Shown here in pieces: positions 31,106-40,657 of a DNA stretch of 64,000 bases; position 1 is the stretch's first letter, and the number at the start of each line of letters is the position of its first letter. The translations under genes were made by a program, and so were the position numbers. This stretch comes from an uncultured Chloroflexia bacterium. GTDB lineage: Bacteria > Chloroflexota > UBA6077 > JACCZL01. The stretch lies in contig CAVXYC010000018.1 in the NCBI GenBank assembly GCA_963765765.1, positions 111,250-175,249 on the forward strand. Reading direction: 5' to 3'. The notes below the pieces were generated by a model that searched no databases, was not told where the DNA came from, and worked only from the letters and a program-made list of their open reading frames with translations.

Positions 31106-32274
31106 ATGACCACATCGCAGACGCCCGCGTGGCATCGCGTAGACCAGATCGGCAGCTTGATTCAGACCCGCCGGGCTGGTAGAAGCCTTTAAGAAGTTTG
31201 ATCTGGGTGAGCTGGACGAGGCTTCCCTGCGGGCACAGCAGGATCAGGCCATCCGCGATATCCTCGCGCGACAGGAGGCTATGAAGTTCCCCGTCGCCGT
31301 CGATGGCGAGTTTCGGCGAGAGGGATTTCAGGACAGCTTTGGCCAGGCGGTCAGCGGCTTTGTGGGCGGCGATGAGAACCCCAGTCAAGAAGGGGCAGCT
31401 CGCCCCGGCCGAGTTGAATCCGGCCTGGAAGCTCTGGGACGCCCTGTCAGCACTCGGCAGCCGGCGGTTGCCCGATTGAAGCTAACGAACAATGTGCCCC
31501 TGGATGAATACCTATGGGCCAGCGCCGCGACCTCACTGCCTGTCAAGGTAGCCATCATTGGACCCGACCGTGTGGCGCAACGCTTTCGATGGGAAGAATC
31601 GCTTTCTGTCTATGACGGTCTCGACGATTTCGTGAACGACGTCGTGTCGATCGAACGGGAGATGATCTCAGGCCTGGCCGAGGCGGGCTGCCCATACGTT
31701 CAGATTGACGCCCCTGGATACACCGCCTACGTGGATGCGCCGTCTATGGAGCGCATGCGGAAGCGCGGGGAGGACCCGCAAAGAAACCTGGCACGATCTA
31801 TTGCAGCGGACAACGCGCTCATCGATGCCTTTCCGAATGTCGAGTTCGGCATCCACATCTGCAAGGGCAACTCGCGGATGATCGATCCGACCTCCGGAAA
31901 GGTCGTTGCACGATGGCATCGCGAAGGGTTTTACGATGCCATCGCGGAGCAGCTCTTCAGCGAGCTGAATCACAAGCGCTTCCTGCTCGAGTACGACGAT
32001 GAGCGATCGGGCTCATTTGAGCCCTTGCGGTTCGTTCCTAAAGACCGCATTGCGGTAGCTGGGCCTGGTGTCCACCAAGCGATCGGACGTGGAGACAGTG
32101 GACGAGCTCAAGCGGCGAATCGAGGATGCATCGAAGTATCTTCCCGTCGAGCAGCTTTCCATCAGCCCACAGTGCGGCTTTGCATCAGGAATCGGCGGCA
32201 TCACCGTGGGCGAGGACGCGCAGTGGCGCAAGCTGGAGAACCTCCTGGAGACGGCTCGGCAGGTCTGGGGCTAA
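31106..32274 (+). pseudogene. cobalamin-independent methionine synthase (MetE C-terminal domain) family protein; frame changes near 31165 and 32056
   Basis: MTTSQTPAWHRVDQIGSLI, then PAGLVEAFKKF..AVDGEFRREGF.. (ORF 31281 frame), then LGLVSTKRSDVETVDELKRRIE..SISPQCGFAS (ORF 32068..32274). Confidence 0.75.
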
Positions 32275-32286
32275 GCAGGCCATGGT

Positions 32287-32318
32287 CTGACACGCGGGAT
32301 ACGTATCCCGCGTGTCAG
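32287..32318. terminator. perfect 14-bp stem / 4-nt loop palindrome between two genes
   Basis: ctgacacgcgggat acgt atcccgcgtgtcag. No T tail, so it may be a REP-like hairpin rather than an intrinsic terminator. Confidence 0.4.
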
Positions 32319-32329
32319 AGTGGGAAGCC

Positions 32330-32890
32330 ATGCAACGCGTCTGTGTTATCGGCGTCACGGGATCAGGCAAAACCACGCTGGCCAAGCGTCTCGCTGGCCA
32401 GCTCCGTTTGGATTACGTCGAGATGGACTCGCTGTACTGGAATCCGCACTGGACTCCTATAGATCCTGAGATTTTCCGCTCACGCATCGCGGGCGTGGCG
32501 GAGGGCGATGCCTGGGTCACCGATGGAAACTACTCGCGAGCGCGCGACATCCTCTGGCCGAGAGCCGACACGTTTGTGTGGCTGGACTTGCCTTTCCACG
32601 TGACGTTTATGCGTCTGGTGCATCGGACGTTCAGGCGATGGCTCCAAAAAGCCGAGCTCTGGAACGGCAATCGAGAGAGTCTTCGAGAGCATTTCTTCTC
32701 GAGAGACTCGATTTTTCTGTGGGCCATCAACACTCACCCGCGTTACCGTCGGGAGTTTCCGCCGCTGCTCGCGGAACAGCGGGCGCTTGGAAAGGCGGTC
32801 TACCGGCTGCGGTCCGTACAGGCTGTTGAGCGCTGGACCCACACTGCCTGCCGACAAAGCGGACCGCGGCGCGCAGAGTCGGCTCGTTAA
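32330..32890 (+). CDS. P-loop NTPase, adenylate-kinase/topology-modulation-protein-like
   Basis: MQRVCVIGVTGSGKTTLAKRLA Walker A at the N-terminus; about 187 aa. Confidence 0.65.
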   Translation: MQRVCVIGVTGSGKTTLAKRLAGQLRLDYVEMDSLYWNPHWTPIDPEIFRSRIAGVAEGDAWVTDGNYSRARDILWPRADTFVWLDLPFHVTFMRLVHRTFRRWLQKAELWNGNRESLREHFFSRDSIFLWAINTHPRYRREFPPLLAEQRALGKAVYRLRSVQAVERWTHTACRQSGPRRAESAR

Positions 32891-32984
32891 TGCAGGCGTC
32901 ATTAGCGCATTGCGACACGTCTTAATGTAAGTATATGCTTACGCAATCCCGTGACGTAGCGACTCAGCGGGTGGAGGTCTATCT

Positions 32985-33548
32985 GTGAGCTCGATTGACG
33001 ATCTAGAGCGAGTGCTCGACATGGCGGAAGCGGTGATGCTCAAAGTCACTTCAGACGATCTGGCAAAGCCAACGCCGTGTAGCGAATGGGATGTGCGCGC
33101 GTTGGCGAATCACATGACTGGCGTCTGCCTTATGTTCGGCCGCGCGGCGCAGGGAGAAGCCATCGAAGGTCGGCCGACTTTCACTGACTTGATCGGGGAT
33201 GACCCCGGAGCAGCCTACATCCGAGCCGCGGAGGCGAACAGGGAAGGCTGGAACTCGCCCGGCGCCCTGGAGAGGACGCTCACCGTCCCCGCCGGCCAGC
33301 TCCCCGGCAATGTCGCCATAGCGATCAATACGGCAGACCAGCTTCTTCACACCTGCGATCTAGCACGCGCCCTCGGCCACGACGTCGCCTTGCCCGAAGA
33401 TCTGGCCGAAACCGGTCTGAAGTACCTGCAAATGCTCATGAGTCCCGAGCGCCGAGGCCCAGGCAAGCCCTTTGGCGAAGAAGTCCCCGTGCCCGACGAC
33501 ACCCCGATCCAGCAACGATTACTCGCGTTCTCGGGGCGACAGCCTTAG
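32985..33548 (+). CDS. DinB/maleylpyruvate-isomerase-like (TIGR03086-type) protein
   Basis: PTPCSEWDVRALANHM..LLHTCDLARALG pattern typical of the mycothiol-type MDMPI N-terminal domain family. GTG start. Confidence 0.65.
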   Translation: MSSIDDLERVLDMAEAVMLKVTSDDLAKPTPCSEWDVRALANHMTGVCLMFGRAAQGEAIEGRPTFTDLIGDDPGAAYIRAAEANREGWNSPGALERTLTVPAGQLPGNVAIAINTADQLLHTCDLARALGHDVALPEDLAETGLKYLQMLMSPERRGPGKPFGEEVPVPDDTPIQQRLLAFSGRQP

Positions 33549-33629
33549 TCCGGCGCCGAGCGCTTTGAATACGGCGAGATCGTCGCTTTCTGGCGTGGCT
33601 AGCCGCTGGACACCACTCACAACCGCGGC

Positions 33630-33728
33630 GGCCTTGTCATCCTGAGCATTTAGCGAAGGATCTATCCCAACTGCCTCAAGGAATCCAGCCGGGAAGATCC
33701 TTCGCTAGTCGCTCAGGATGACAGGGCC
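33630..33728. repeat. palindromic element S2 (gtcatcctgagc...gaaggatc family)
   Basis: ggccttgtcatcctgagcatttagcgaaggatct ... agatccttcgctagtcgctcaggatgacagggcc. Confidence 0.85.
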
Positions 33729-33838
33729 ATGAATCAAGCGTTGCGCCAATTCCGAACCAGGAGTCTTACAAAGTCCATCCTCTGTGATACTCCAAGACGC
33801 ACCTGCCCGGACTCTCCGGGCCGGCCCGTCAGGTACAC

Positions 33839-35389
33839 TTGCCTCCTGCATTCCACGCACGAGGCTCCCAGACGCTCTCCGACCAAACCTCCGCTCCTAC
33901 TTCCCAGGCTCGACCGGGCTTCTTTTACGGCTGGGTCATAGTTGCCGTCGCTTTTCTTTGTGAGCTCGTAGCATTCGGCACTGGCAATGCAGCCTTCTCT
34001 GTCTTCCTCAAACCCATGAGCGATGACCTGGGCTGGAATCGCATGGTGCTTAGTGGCGCTGTCACGCTTCAGGCTGTGGGCAATATCGCGGTCTCGCCCG
34101 TGGCCGGATGGGTGCTGGATCGACACGGCCCGAAGATGATCATGGTCTTTGGCGCCACCGTCGCCACAATCTGCTTTCTTTTAATGGGCTCGGTGACGGA
34201 ACCCTGGCAGTTTTATTTGCTCTATACCGCCGCGACGGTGCTGGGCCTCAATGAAATGGGCAGCCTTGTCACCTCTACCACGGTGGCGAAGTGGTTTGTG
34301 CGCAGGCGGGGCCGAGCTATGTCTCTGGCTAGCATCGGACTCAACGTCGGCGGCGCCGTGCTGGCCCCACTCATCGCGCTCATCATCACAGTCGTCGGCT
34401 GGCGACAGACCTGGAGTGTGCTCGGCATCATCGTGGCGTGCACCGTCCTGCCCGCGGCGATTCTCTTCTTCAAACGGTCTCCCGAAGACATGGGACTGTT
34501 ACCTGATGGGGACGCTGCTGGAAGCACTCCCACGCGTCCCGGCGAGCGAACCGCGTCATCAGAGCAACAATGGAAGCTGGGTGACGCGCTGCGCAATCCA
34601 ACCACCTGGGTCATCGTGGCTGCGTTCAATCTCATTCTCGTAGCCGCGTCAGCCATGTCGCAGCATTCCGTTGCCTATCTCGAGGACACTGGAATGTCTC
34701 TGGTAGAAGCGAGCGCCATGTTCGGCGCTTCGCACCTAGTCACTATCGGCGCCAAGCTGACCTGGGGCGCCATATCTGACCGGTTTCCGGTGCGCTACTG
34801 CTTGATCATCAGCAGCTTCGCGCGCATCGTCGGCCTGCTGAGTCTCATGTTCGCTACTGGCCCATCCAGAATGGCAGGATTCGTGATCGGTCAGGGCATC
34901 GGGCAGGGGATGGGCCTGCTGGGCCCCAAGCTCTGGGCCGACTACTACGGCCGTACCTTCCTGGGCACCATTCGCGGAGTGCTGCAGCCCTTCAGCGTCG
35001 TCGCCAGTCTCGTTGGACCTCTCTTCGCGGCGTACGTTTACGATACCTCCGGCAGTTACAACATGGCCTTCTGGGTCATCATCGTGTGCCTACTGCTGTC
35101 GGTGGTACTTCTCTGGCTAGCACGGCCGCCGAGGAAGCGTCAGCGCTCGTTGCGGACTAGAGCGGTACCGCGGCATCACAGGCTCGGAAGTCAGGCGGCC
35201 ACCGCAAATGAGCGAATGACTCAACCCCATACCACTCATCACTCCACCACCCGATCCGAGCCCTCGACAAACCCCGGCCCATTCATCACGACGTACGTCA
35301 TGTGCCCCTCGAACACGTACGGGACGCCCATCGGAATGAAGACGACGTCACCGGCGCCAACGCGGTCAGGCGAATCGTCGCCGACTTGA
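33839..35389 (+). CDS. MFS transporter (oxalate/formate-antiporter-like)
   Basis: About 12 TM segments and the motif GWVLDRHGPK. TTG start is uncertain. The last 150 nt or so overlap the convergent cupin gene and look non-coding-like, so the true stop may be earlier. Confidence 0.7.
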   Translation: MPPAFHARGSQTLSDQTSAPTSQARPGFFYGWVIVAVAFLCELVAFGTGNAAFSVFLKPMSDDLGWNRMVLSGAVTLQAVGNIAVSPVAGWVLDRHGPKMIMVFGATVATICFLLMGSVTEPWQFYLLYTAATVLGLNEMGSLVTSTTVAKWFVRRRGRAMSLASIGLNVGGAVLAPLIALIITVVGWRQTWSVLGIIVACTVLPAAILFFKRSPEDMGLLPDGDAAGSTPTRPGERTASSEQQWKLGDALRNPTTWVIVAAFNLILVAASAMSQHSVAYLEDTGMSLVEASAMFGASHLVTIGAKLTWGAISDRFPVRYCLIISSFARIVGLLSLMFATGPSRMAGFVIGQGIGQGMGLLGPKLWADYYGRTFLGTIRGVLQPFSVVASLVGPLFAAYVYDTSGSYNMAFWVIIVCLLLSVVLLWLARPPRKRQRSLRTRAVPRHHRLGSQAATANERMTQPHTTHHSTTRSEPSTNPGPFITTYVMCPSNTYGTPIGMKTTSPAPTRSGESSPT

Positions 35390-35580
35390 AACTCGGCCGA
35401 GCCGTTGATGATGTAGTAGACGCGGTCGCTTCGGTCGCAGACGACTTTCTCATGCCGACCCCAGATGTTCACCCAGGTCAGGCTGATGTGCTCGCTCAGT
35501 GATTGATTGATGACCTTCTTCATTCGCAGCGGCCGGGGCGGCTGAAGAAGATCGGGAACGTCGTTCAGGTGGATGATCAT
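35239..35580 (-). CDS. cupin domain protein
   Basis: MIIHLNDVP...GDVVFIPMGVPYVFEG; 113 aa. The upstream extension in the ORF track is rejected. Confidence 0.65.
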   Translation of the reverse strand: MIIHLNDVPDLLQPPRPLRMKKVINQSLSEHISLTWVNIWGRHEKVVCDRSDRVYYIINGSAEFQVGDDSPDRVGAGDVVFIPMGVPYVFEGHMTYVVMNGPGFVEGSDRVVE

Positions 35581-35596
35581 GATGTCTTCGCGCCGC

Positions 35597-36379
35597 TCAA
35601 TTTGCCCGACGCTCCCGTGGCAGCCAGTCAAGCCCTTCAAGCGTGCCGTTGGCGGGGCGATACTCGAGCGAGACGTAGCCTGAGTAACCAGCAGCGTCGA
35701 TGGCCGACAGCAGATTGGGATAGTTGATCTCGCCGGTGCCGGGCTCGTGTCGGCCGGGCACGTCGGAGATCTGGATGTGACCAATCTTGTCCAGGTTGCC
35801 CGTCACGGTGGCGGTCAAATTCCCCTCCATGATCTGCATGTGATAGGCGTCGTAGAGGAACTTGACCGACGGGCTCGCCACGGTATCCACGATCTCGAAA
35901 CCGACGCTGGACCTATCGATCAGATAGGTGGGGTTATCGATGGTATTCAAGCCTTCGATGCACAGCGTAACGCCGGCGGATTCGGCCTGTGGGGCGATGC
36001 GTCGCAAGTTCTCGATGGCGACAGACTTCGCCGTATCAACCGCTACGCCATCTGGGACGAGCCCTGCCAGCGGATTGATCAAGTGCGCACCGAGCCGCTC
36101 GGCCACTCGTAGCGCGTCCTCCATCCCAGCCTTGAAACGAGCCTCCTGACCGGGGTGACACATGTAGCCGCGCTCGCCTCGAGCAAAGTCTCCACGGTCT
36201 GAATCGAATAGGATCATCTCGACGCCGCTGTCCTTGACCGTCCGCTCCAGCTCATCGAGATCGTGCTCCTCGGGGAAGAGGAACTCCACGTGGGTGAATC
36301 CCGCATCGGCCGCGCGTTTGAATCGCTCGAGCGCTGGCCACTCACTGAACATGAATGAGATATTCGCGGCGAACTTCAT
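35597..36379 (-). CDS. hydroxypyruvate isomerase-like sugar-phosphate isomerase/epimerase (xylose-isomerase-like TIM barrel)
   Basis: MKFAANISFMFSEWPALERFKRAADAGFTHVEF.. and ..GHIQISDVPGRHEPGTGEINY are typical of the Hyi family. Confidence 0.8.
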   Translation of the reverse strand: MKFAANISFMFSEWPALERFKRAADAGFTHVEFLFPEEHDLDELERTVKDSGVEMILFDSDRGDFARGERGYMCHPGQEARFKAGMEDALRVAERLGAHLINPLAGLVPDGVAVDTAKSVAIENLRRIAPQAESAGVTLCIEGLNTIDNPTYLIDRSSVGFEIVDTVASPSVKFLYDAYHMQIMEGNLTATVTGNLDKIGHIQISDVPGRHEPGTGEINYPNLLSAIDAAGYSGYVSLEYRPANGTLEGLDWLPRERRAN

Positions 36380-36568
36380 GGCCTACGCTCCCGGACTTGT
36401 GGATAGCGAGCTCCGAAGTACATATCGGAGGTGTTAGATCGGCTGAAGACTACCACGATTCCGGACGCTATTCTCTTCACCGCTGGTACCATTGACAGCG
36501 GATGCCGCCCTTACCGCCGCTCGAGTGATATCGGCGTCTGGCTCGCACGACCACGAGAGGAGCAGCCT

Positions 36569-36883
36569 ATGGCAGTGCACAGCGCGACCAGCCCCCTGAC
36601 CCAGCGAGAGCTCATCGAACAGCACTTCGTGGAGCATCGAACGATGGTGCTTGACATCGCGGCCTTCCTCGATCGTCTGGATCGCGCCCGTGAGATCGAC
36701 GCTTCGGACGACTTCCGGCTCATCGCCTTCCGCAAGGCGCTCGAGGTGCTCTGCTCGGATGATCCTTCTCGGATTCACACAATCCAGATGGTCCTGAGCG
36801 ATCCGCGCTCCGAGCTCCTACCCGAGCTGGACCGCAAGAGCGCCTTCGGTGCCTACCCAACGCAGGAAACGGAGACCCGCTGA
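36569..36883 (+). CDS. hypothetical protein (sits where eboA sits in ebo operons; identity not established)
   Basis: ATG 36569 after gagagg. Its stop overlaps the next start (TGATG), implying translational coupling. Confidence 0.5.
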   Translation: MAVHSATSPLTQRELIEQHFVEHRTMVLDIAAFLDRLDRAREIDASDDFRLIAFRKALEVLCSDDPSRIHTIQMVLSDPRSELLPELDRKSAFGAYPTQETETR

Positions 36884-37713
36884 TGGAATATATCGACATC
36901 CATTCACACATGGGCTCCCGCACCACCGACGATTACGAGCAGATGGCGCTCACCGGCTGCGTGGCATTGACGGAGCCTGCCTTCTGGGCAGGCTATGACC
37001 GAGGCTCCTCCCAGGCATTTCGCGCCTACTTCGAGCAGCTCACCGATTTCGAGCCGAAGCGCGCCGCGAAATACGGCATCAAGCACTTCACCTGGCTGTG
37101 CTTCAATCCGAAAGAGGCGGACGATCGCGCGCTTGCCGCGGACGTGCTACCGCTCATCCCGGAGTACCTGGACCGGCCGAACGTCATAGGCATCGGTGAA
37201 ATCGGGCTCAATCGCGTGACGCGCAATGAGCTGGCGACCATGGTGGATCACATCGACCTGGCCATGCAGTACGACCAGATCATCCTGGTGCACACACCAC
37301 ACCTCGAAGACAAGTACAAGGGTACGAAGGTGATCGTCGACACCATGGCCGCGGACCGGAGGATCAGTCCGACCCGCGTGTTGATCGATCACGCAGAAGA
37401 GCACACCATGCCGATGATCCAGGAAGCCGGCTTCTGGGCGGGCATCACGCTCTACCCACAAACCAAAGTCTCGCCCGGGCGCGCGGTCGACATGATCGAG
37501 ATGTTCGGGAGCGACAAGATTTGCGTTGCTTCTGCCTGTGATTGGGGGCCGTCCGTTCCCACCGCCATGGCTCACTTCGTCCTGGAAATGCGCCGACGGG
37601 GCCATCCCGATCGGCTGATTCGGAAGATCGTCTACGAGAACCCGATCGAGTTCCTGAGTCAATCACCCAAGTTCGAGCTTCCGCGCCTGGAAGCAGCGGC
37701 AATTGCGCGTTGA
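36883..37713 (+). CDS. eboB: TatD-family metal-dependent hydrolase, EboB-like
   Basis: [55 protein letters not shown]. Gene context includes UbiA and an alkaline-phosphatase-family gene. Confidence 0.6.
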   Translation: MEYIDIHSHMGSRTTDDYEQMALTGCVALTEPAFWAGYDRGSSQAFRAYFEQLTDFEPKRAAKYGIKHFTWLCFNPKEADDRALAADVLPLIPEYLDRPNVIGIGEIGLNRVTRNELATMVDHIDLAMQYDQIILVHTPHLEDKYKGTKVIVDTMAADRRISPTRVLIDHAEEHTMPMIQEAGFWAGITLYPQTKVSPGRAVDMIEMFGSDKICVASACDWGPSVPTAMAHFVLEMRRRGHPDRLIRKIVYENPIEFLSQSPKFELPRLEAAAIAR

Positions 37714-37727
37714 TGAATGACAGAGTC

Positions 37728-37929
37728 GCATCCCGTGAAGGTGCGGCTCCTCTCGTGATGTTCGCTGAATCGGTCAGAGCCGCGACCGTGAGGAAGCGGT
37801 TCCTTCACGACCGGTCGGACGGCGATCTCGCGAGGAACCGCTTACTTACGTGCGCGGCTCGAAGGCTGGCTAGGGAGTGTCATCCGGGACGGAAGTGTTC
37901 GTGAGAGGGTCCGCACCCTTACGGGATGC
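37728..37929. repeat. about 200-nt nested imperfect palindrome between the TatD-like and UbiA genes
   Basis: The outer arm gcatcccgtgaaggtgcggctcctctcgtgatg pairs with gttcgtgagagggtccgcacccttacgggatgc. The inner arm gagccgcgaccgtgaggaagcggttcc pairs with ggaaccgcttacttacgtgcgcggctc. Confidence 0.7.
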
Positions 37930-37951
37930 GGCTCTGTTGGTGAGAGTGACC

Positions 37952-38842
37952 ATGTCTCCTGAAGCCCTTCCTTCCAGGGTGACTCACCGGAAGCGAATCC
38001 TTGGCTGGCTCACGTCAATGCGCCTGTCCAATAGCCCCACGGTCGTAAGTAACGTGTTAGTGGGGGCGGCGCTGGCTGGCATTCTCCAGCCAGATCATCC
38101 GTCTGTGGTGATGCTGGCCGTAGCAATGGTGCTCTATTACACAGCCGGCATGATTCTGAATGACGTGTGTGACTTCGCCTGGGACACGGTGCACCGCCCC
38201 AGCCGTCCCATGCCCGCCGGAGTCGTCTCGCGTGGGGCCGGCGCGGTGGCTGTCGTCGTGCTTTTCGCCGTCGGTACAGTGCTGCTCTGGTACGCCGGCG
38301 GCATCAACAGCGTCATCAGCGGCGTCATCCTCATCGGAGTCATCGCCCTGTACGACTTCTGGCACAAATCCAACCCAGCAAGCCCCCTGGTGATGGCATT
38401 GTGCCGTGTGCTGGTATACGTCACCGCGTTTGTTGCATTCGCATGGCCACTCACGGCATCACTCGGGATCGCGTCGCTCTTGCTTGTGCTTTACATGACG
38501 GGACTCACGGCGATCGCAAAGAGCGAAGTGCGCCCAAGCATGGTGGGTTATTGGCCCGCGGCGATTCTGTTCATGGGGCCATTCTTTTATGGAGTTCGCG
38601 GTGGATCGTTCCAGGCGGCCATCCTGGCAACCATGCTGGCAGGATGGATTCTGTACAGTCTTCACACGGTGTATCGAGAGGAAAGCAGAAACGTCGGTCT
38701 AGCCATTGGTCGCCTCATCGCCGGAATCTCGATGTTCGACGCGCTTGTGCTGGCTTCAGCGGGCGCCACGCAATCCATCATGGTGGCGCTGGTCGCCTTT
38801 GGTACAACGCTCGTCTTCCAGCGATACGTCGAGGGCACCTAG
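37952..38842 (+). CDS. eboC: UbiA-family aromatic prenyltransferase, EboC-like
   Basis: Asp-rich motif NDVCDFAWD, about 8 TM segments. ATG 37952 follows ggtgagag. Confidence 0.7.
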   Translation: MSPEALPSRVTHRKRILGWLTSMRLSNSPTVVSNVLVGAALAGILQPDHPSVVMLAVAMVLYYTAGMILNDVCDFAWDTVHRPSRPMPAGVVSRGAGAVAVVVLFAVGTVLLWYAGGINSVISGVILIGVIALYDFWHKSNPASPLVMALCRVLVYVTAFVAFAWPLTASLGIASLLLVLYMTGLTAIAKSEVRPSMVGYWPAAILFMGPFFYGVRGGSFQAAILATMLAGWILYSLHTVYREESRNVGLAIGRLIAGISMFDALVLASAGATQSIMVALVAFGTTLVFQRYVEGT

Positions 38843-38844
38843 AT

Positions 38845-40246
38845 ATGCAGAAGACCGCTGTCATTGACGTCGTCGGGCTGACACCCGATCTCATTGGGCC
38901 GCACACCCCCCGCCTGCAAGCGTTTCAGGCCGCCGGTAAAACAGCGAGCATTCAACCGGTCCTCCCCGCGGTAACGTGCGCCGCTCAGGCCACGTATCTC
39001 ACCGGCACCCTGCCCACTGAGCACGGCGTCGTTGGAAACGGCTGGTATTTCCGCGACGAGTGCGAGATCAAGTTCTGGCGACAATCGAATCGACTCGTGC
39101 AGCGTCCCAAGATTTGGGAACAGGCTCGCGAAGCTCGACCCCGCCTTCACCTGCGCCAACATGTTCTGGTGGTTCAACATGTACTCGTCCGTGGACGCCG
39201 CCGTCACTCCACGTCCGATGTATCCAGCCGATGGACGCAAGCTACCAGACGTCTGGGCCTCACCGGAGCATCTTCGAGGAAGGCTCCAGGCGGAGCTCGG
39301 GCAGTTCCCGCTCTTTCAGTTCTGGGGTCCCGGAAGCTCCATTGCCTCCAGCCAGTGGATTGCAGACGCCGCTCGCCTGGTGGATCAGTGGAACGATCCA
39401 ACCTTGAACCTGATCTATCTACCGCACCTGGATTACAGCCTGCAGAAGTACGGTCCTGACCACCAGCGCATCTCACAGGAACTGAAGGCCATCGACAAAG
39501 TCTGCGGTGACCTCATCGACCATTTTCAGGCTCGAGACTCCAGTATCGTCATGCTGTCTGAGTACGGCATCCGAGCCGTTAACCGCCCCGTCGATCTCAA
39601 TCGTCTTCTTCGGCAGCGGAGCCTCCTGGCCGTTCGCGAGGAGATGGGCCTCGAGCTGCTTGATGCGGGGGTGAGCCGAGCATTCGCCGTGGCCGATCAT
39701 CAGATCGCACACGTATACGTGAATGATCCCGAGTGCATGAACGAGGTCCGCTCGCTACTGGAGCAGACGGACGGCGTGGCGGAGATCCTGGACGACGAAG
39801 GTAAGCGCGCGCGGGGTCTGGATCATGAGCGCGCGGGCGACCTCATCGCTGTTGCAGAGCCAGACGCATGGTTCACGTATTACTACTGGCTGGATGACGC
39901 GCGAGCACCGGACTATGCGCGCACAGTGGAGATTCACCGAAAACCGGGCTACGACCCGGTAGAGCTGTTCCTGGATCCGGCAATCTCACTACCGAAACTG
40001 CGCATCGGTTCCATTCTGCTGAAGCGGAAGATCGGTTTTCGGTCACTCCTGGACGTCATCCCGCTCGACGCCTCGCTGGTCCGAGGATCGCACGGGCGCG
40101 TGACAACCGATCCCGGGCAATCACCCGTACTCTTGACTAACCGACCGTCGCTTCTCGAAAGCGAGGTCCTTCAGGCAACCGATGTCTACGGTGTGCTTCT
40201 CTCGCATCTACAGGATGCTGTCCGCGCTCTGAGCCCATCACGTTAG
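38845..40246 (+). pseudogene. eboF: alkaline-phosphatase-superfamily nucleotide pyrophosphatase/phosphodiesterase, EboF-like; frame change near 39128-39131
   Basis: MQKTAVIDVVGLTPDLIG..PAVTCAAQATYLTG..HGVVGNGWYF (frame of ORF 38401..39459), then KLDPAFTCANMFWWFNMYS...YLPHLDY... (ORF 39032..40246). Confidence 0.65.
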
Positions 40247-40250
40247 ACGT

Positions 40251-40267
40251 GCGGCGATGATCGCCGC
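40251..40267 (+). terminator. short palindrome gcggcgatgatcgccgc just after the operon
   Basis: Begins 5 nt after the stop. No T tract. Confidence 0.3.
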
Positions 40268-40657
40268 TGTGCGCATTGTCCTCACCCGAGTCGGGAGATC
40301 GAGAAGGCGGCAGTTCTCTGCGCACTCCAAGGATCCTCGCGCCGGCTACGCACTTTCCAGAAGCGTCTAACCCTCGCGTCGAAAGCCCCACCCGGCTAAC
40401 ACGTCCTCGCGGCTCCGCGGGAAATCACAGCGGCTATCCCAGCCGAATTGGGTTGCAAGCACTGCCAGCATGACGAGTGCCCCCAGCGTAATAATTAGGT
40501 CCACAGCACAGTCCCCCTATCCAGGAGTCCAATCCAACACGCACGAATGACGACTGAATTGGTACTATTTGCAAATCGAGATCGGTCCACTTGCTCTATG
40601 CAACCAGAATAGACCGACAATAGACGAGGTAAAGTGGTCCAATTTGACATTATTGGT

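Noticed and set aside
35597-36379. The divergent TIM-barrel gene as EboE of the ebo-like cluster
   Set aside because: It is 260 aa with the hydroxypyruvate-isomerase signature and lies on the opposite strand. EboE-type proteins are considerably longer. It is treated as a neighbour only.
40498-40641. Three GGTCCA direct repeats upstream of the MocR regulator as its operator
   Set aside because: A 6-mer occurring three times with irregular spacing (86 and 52 bp) is too weak. Noted only as a place to look.
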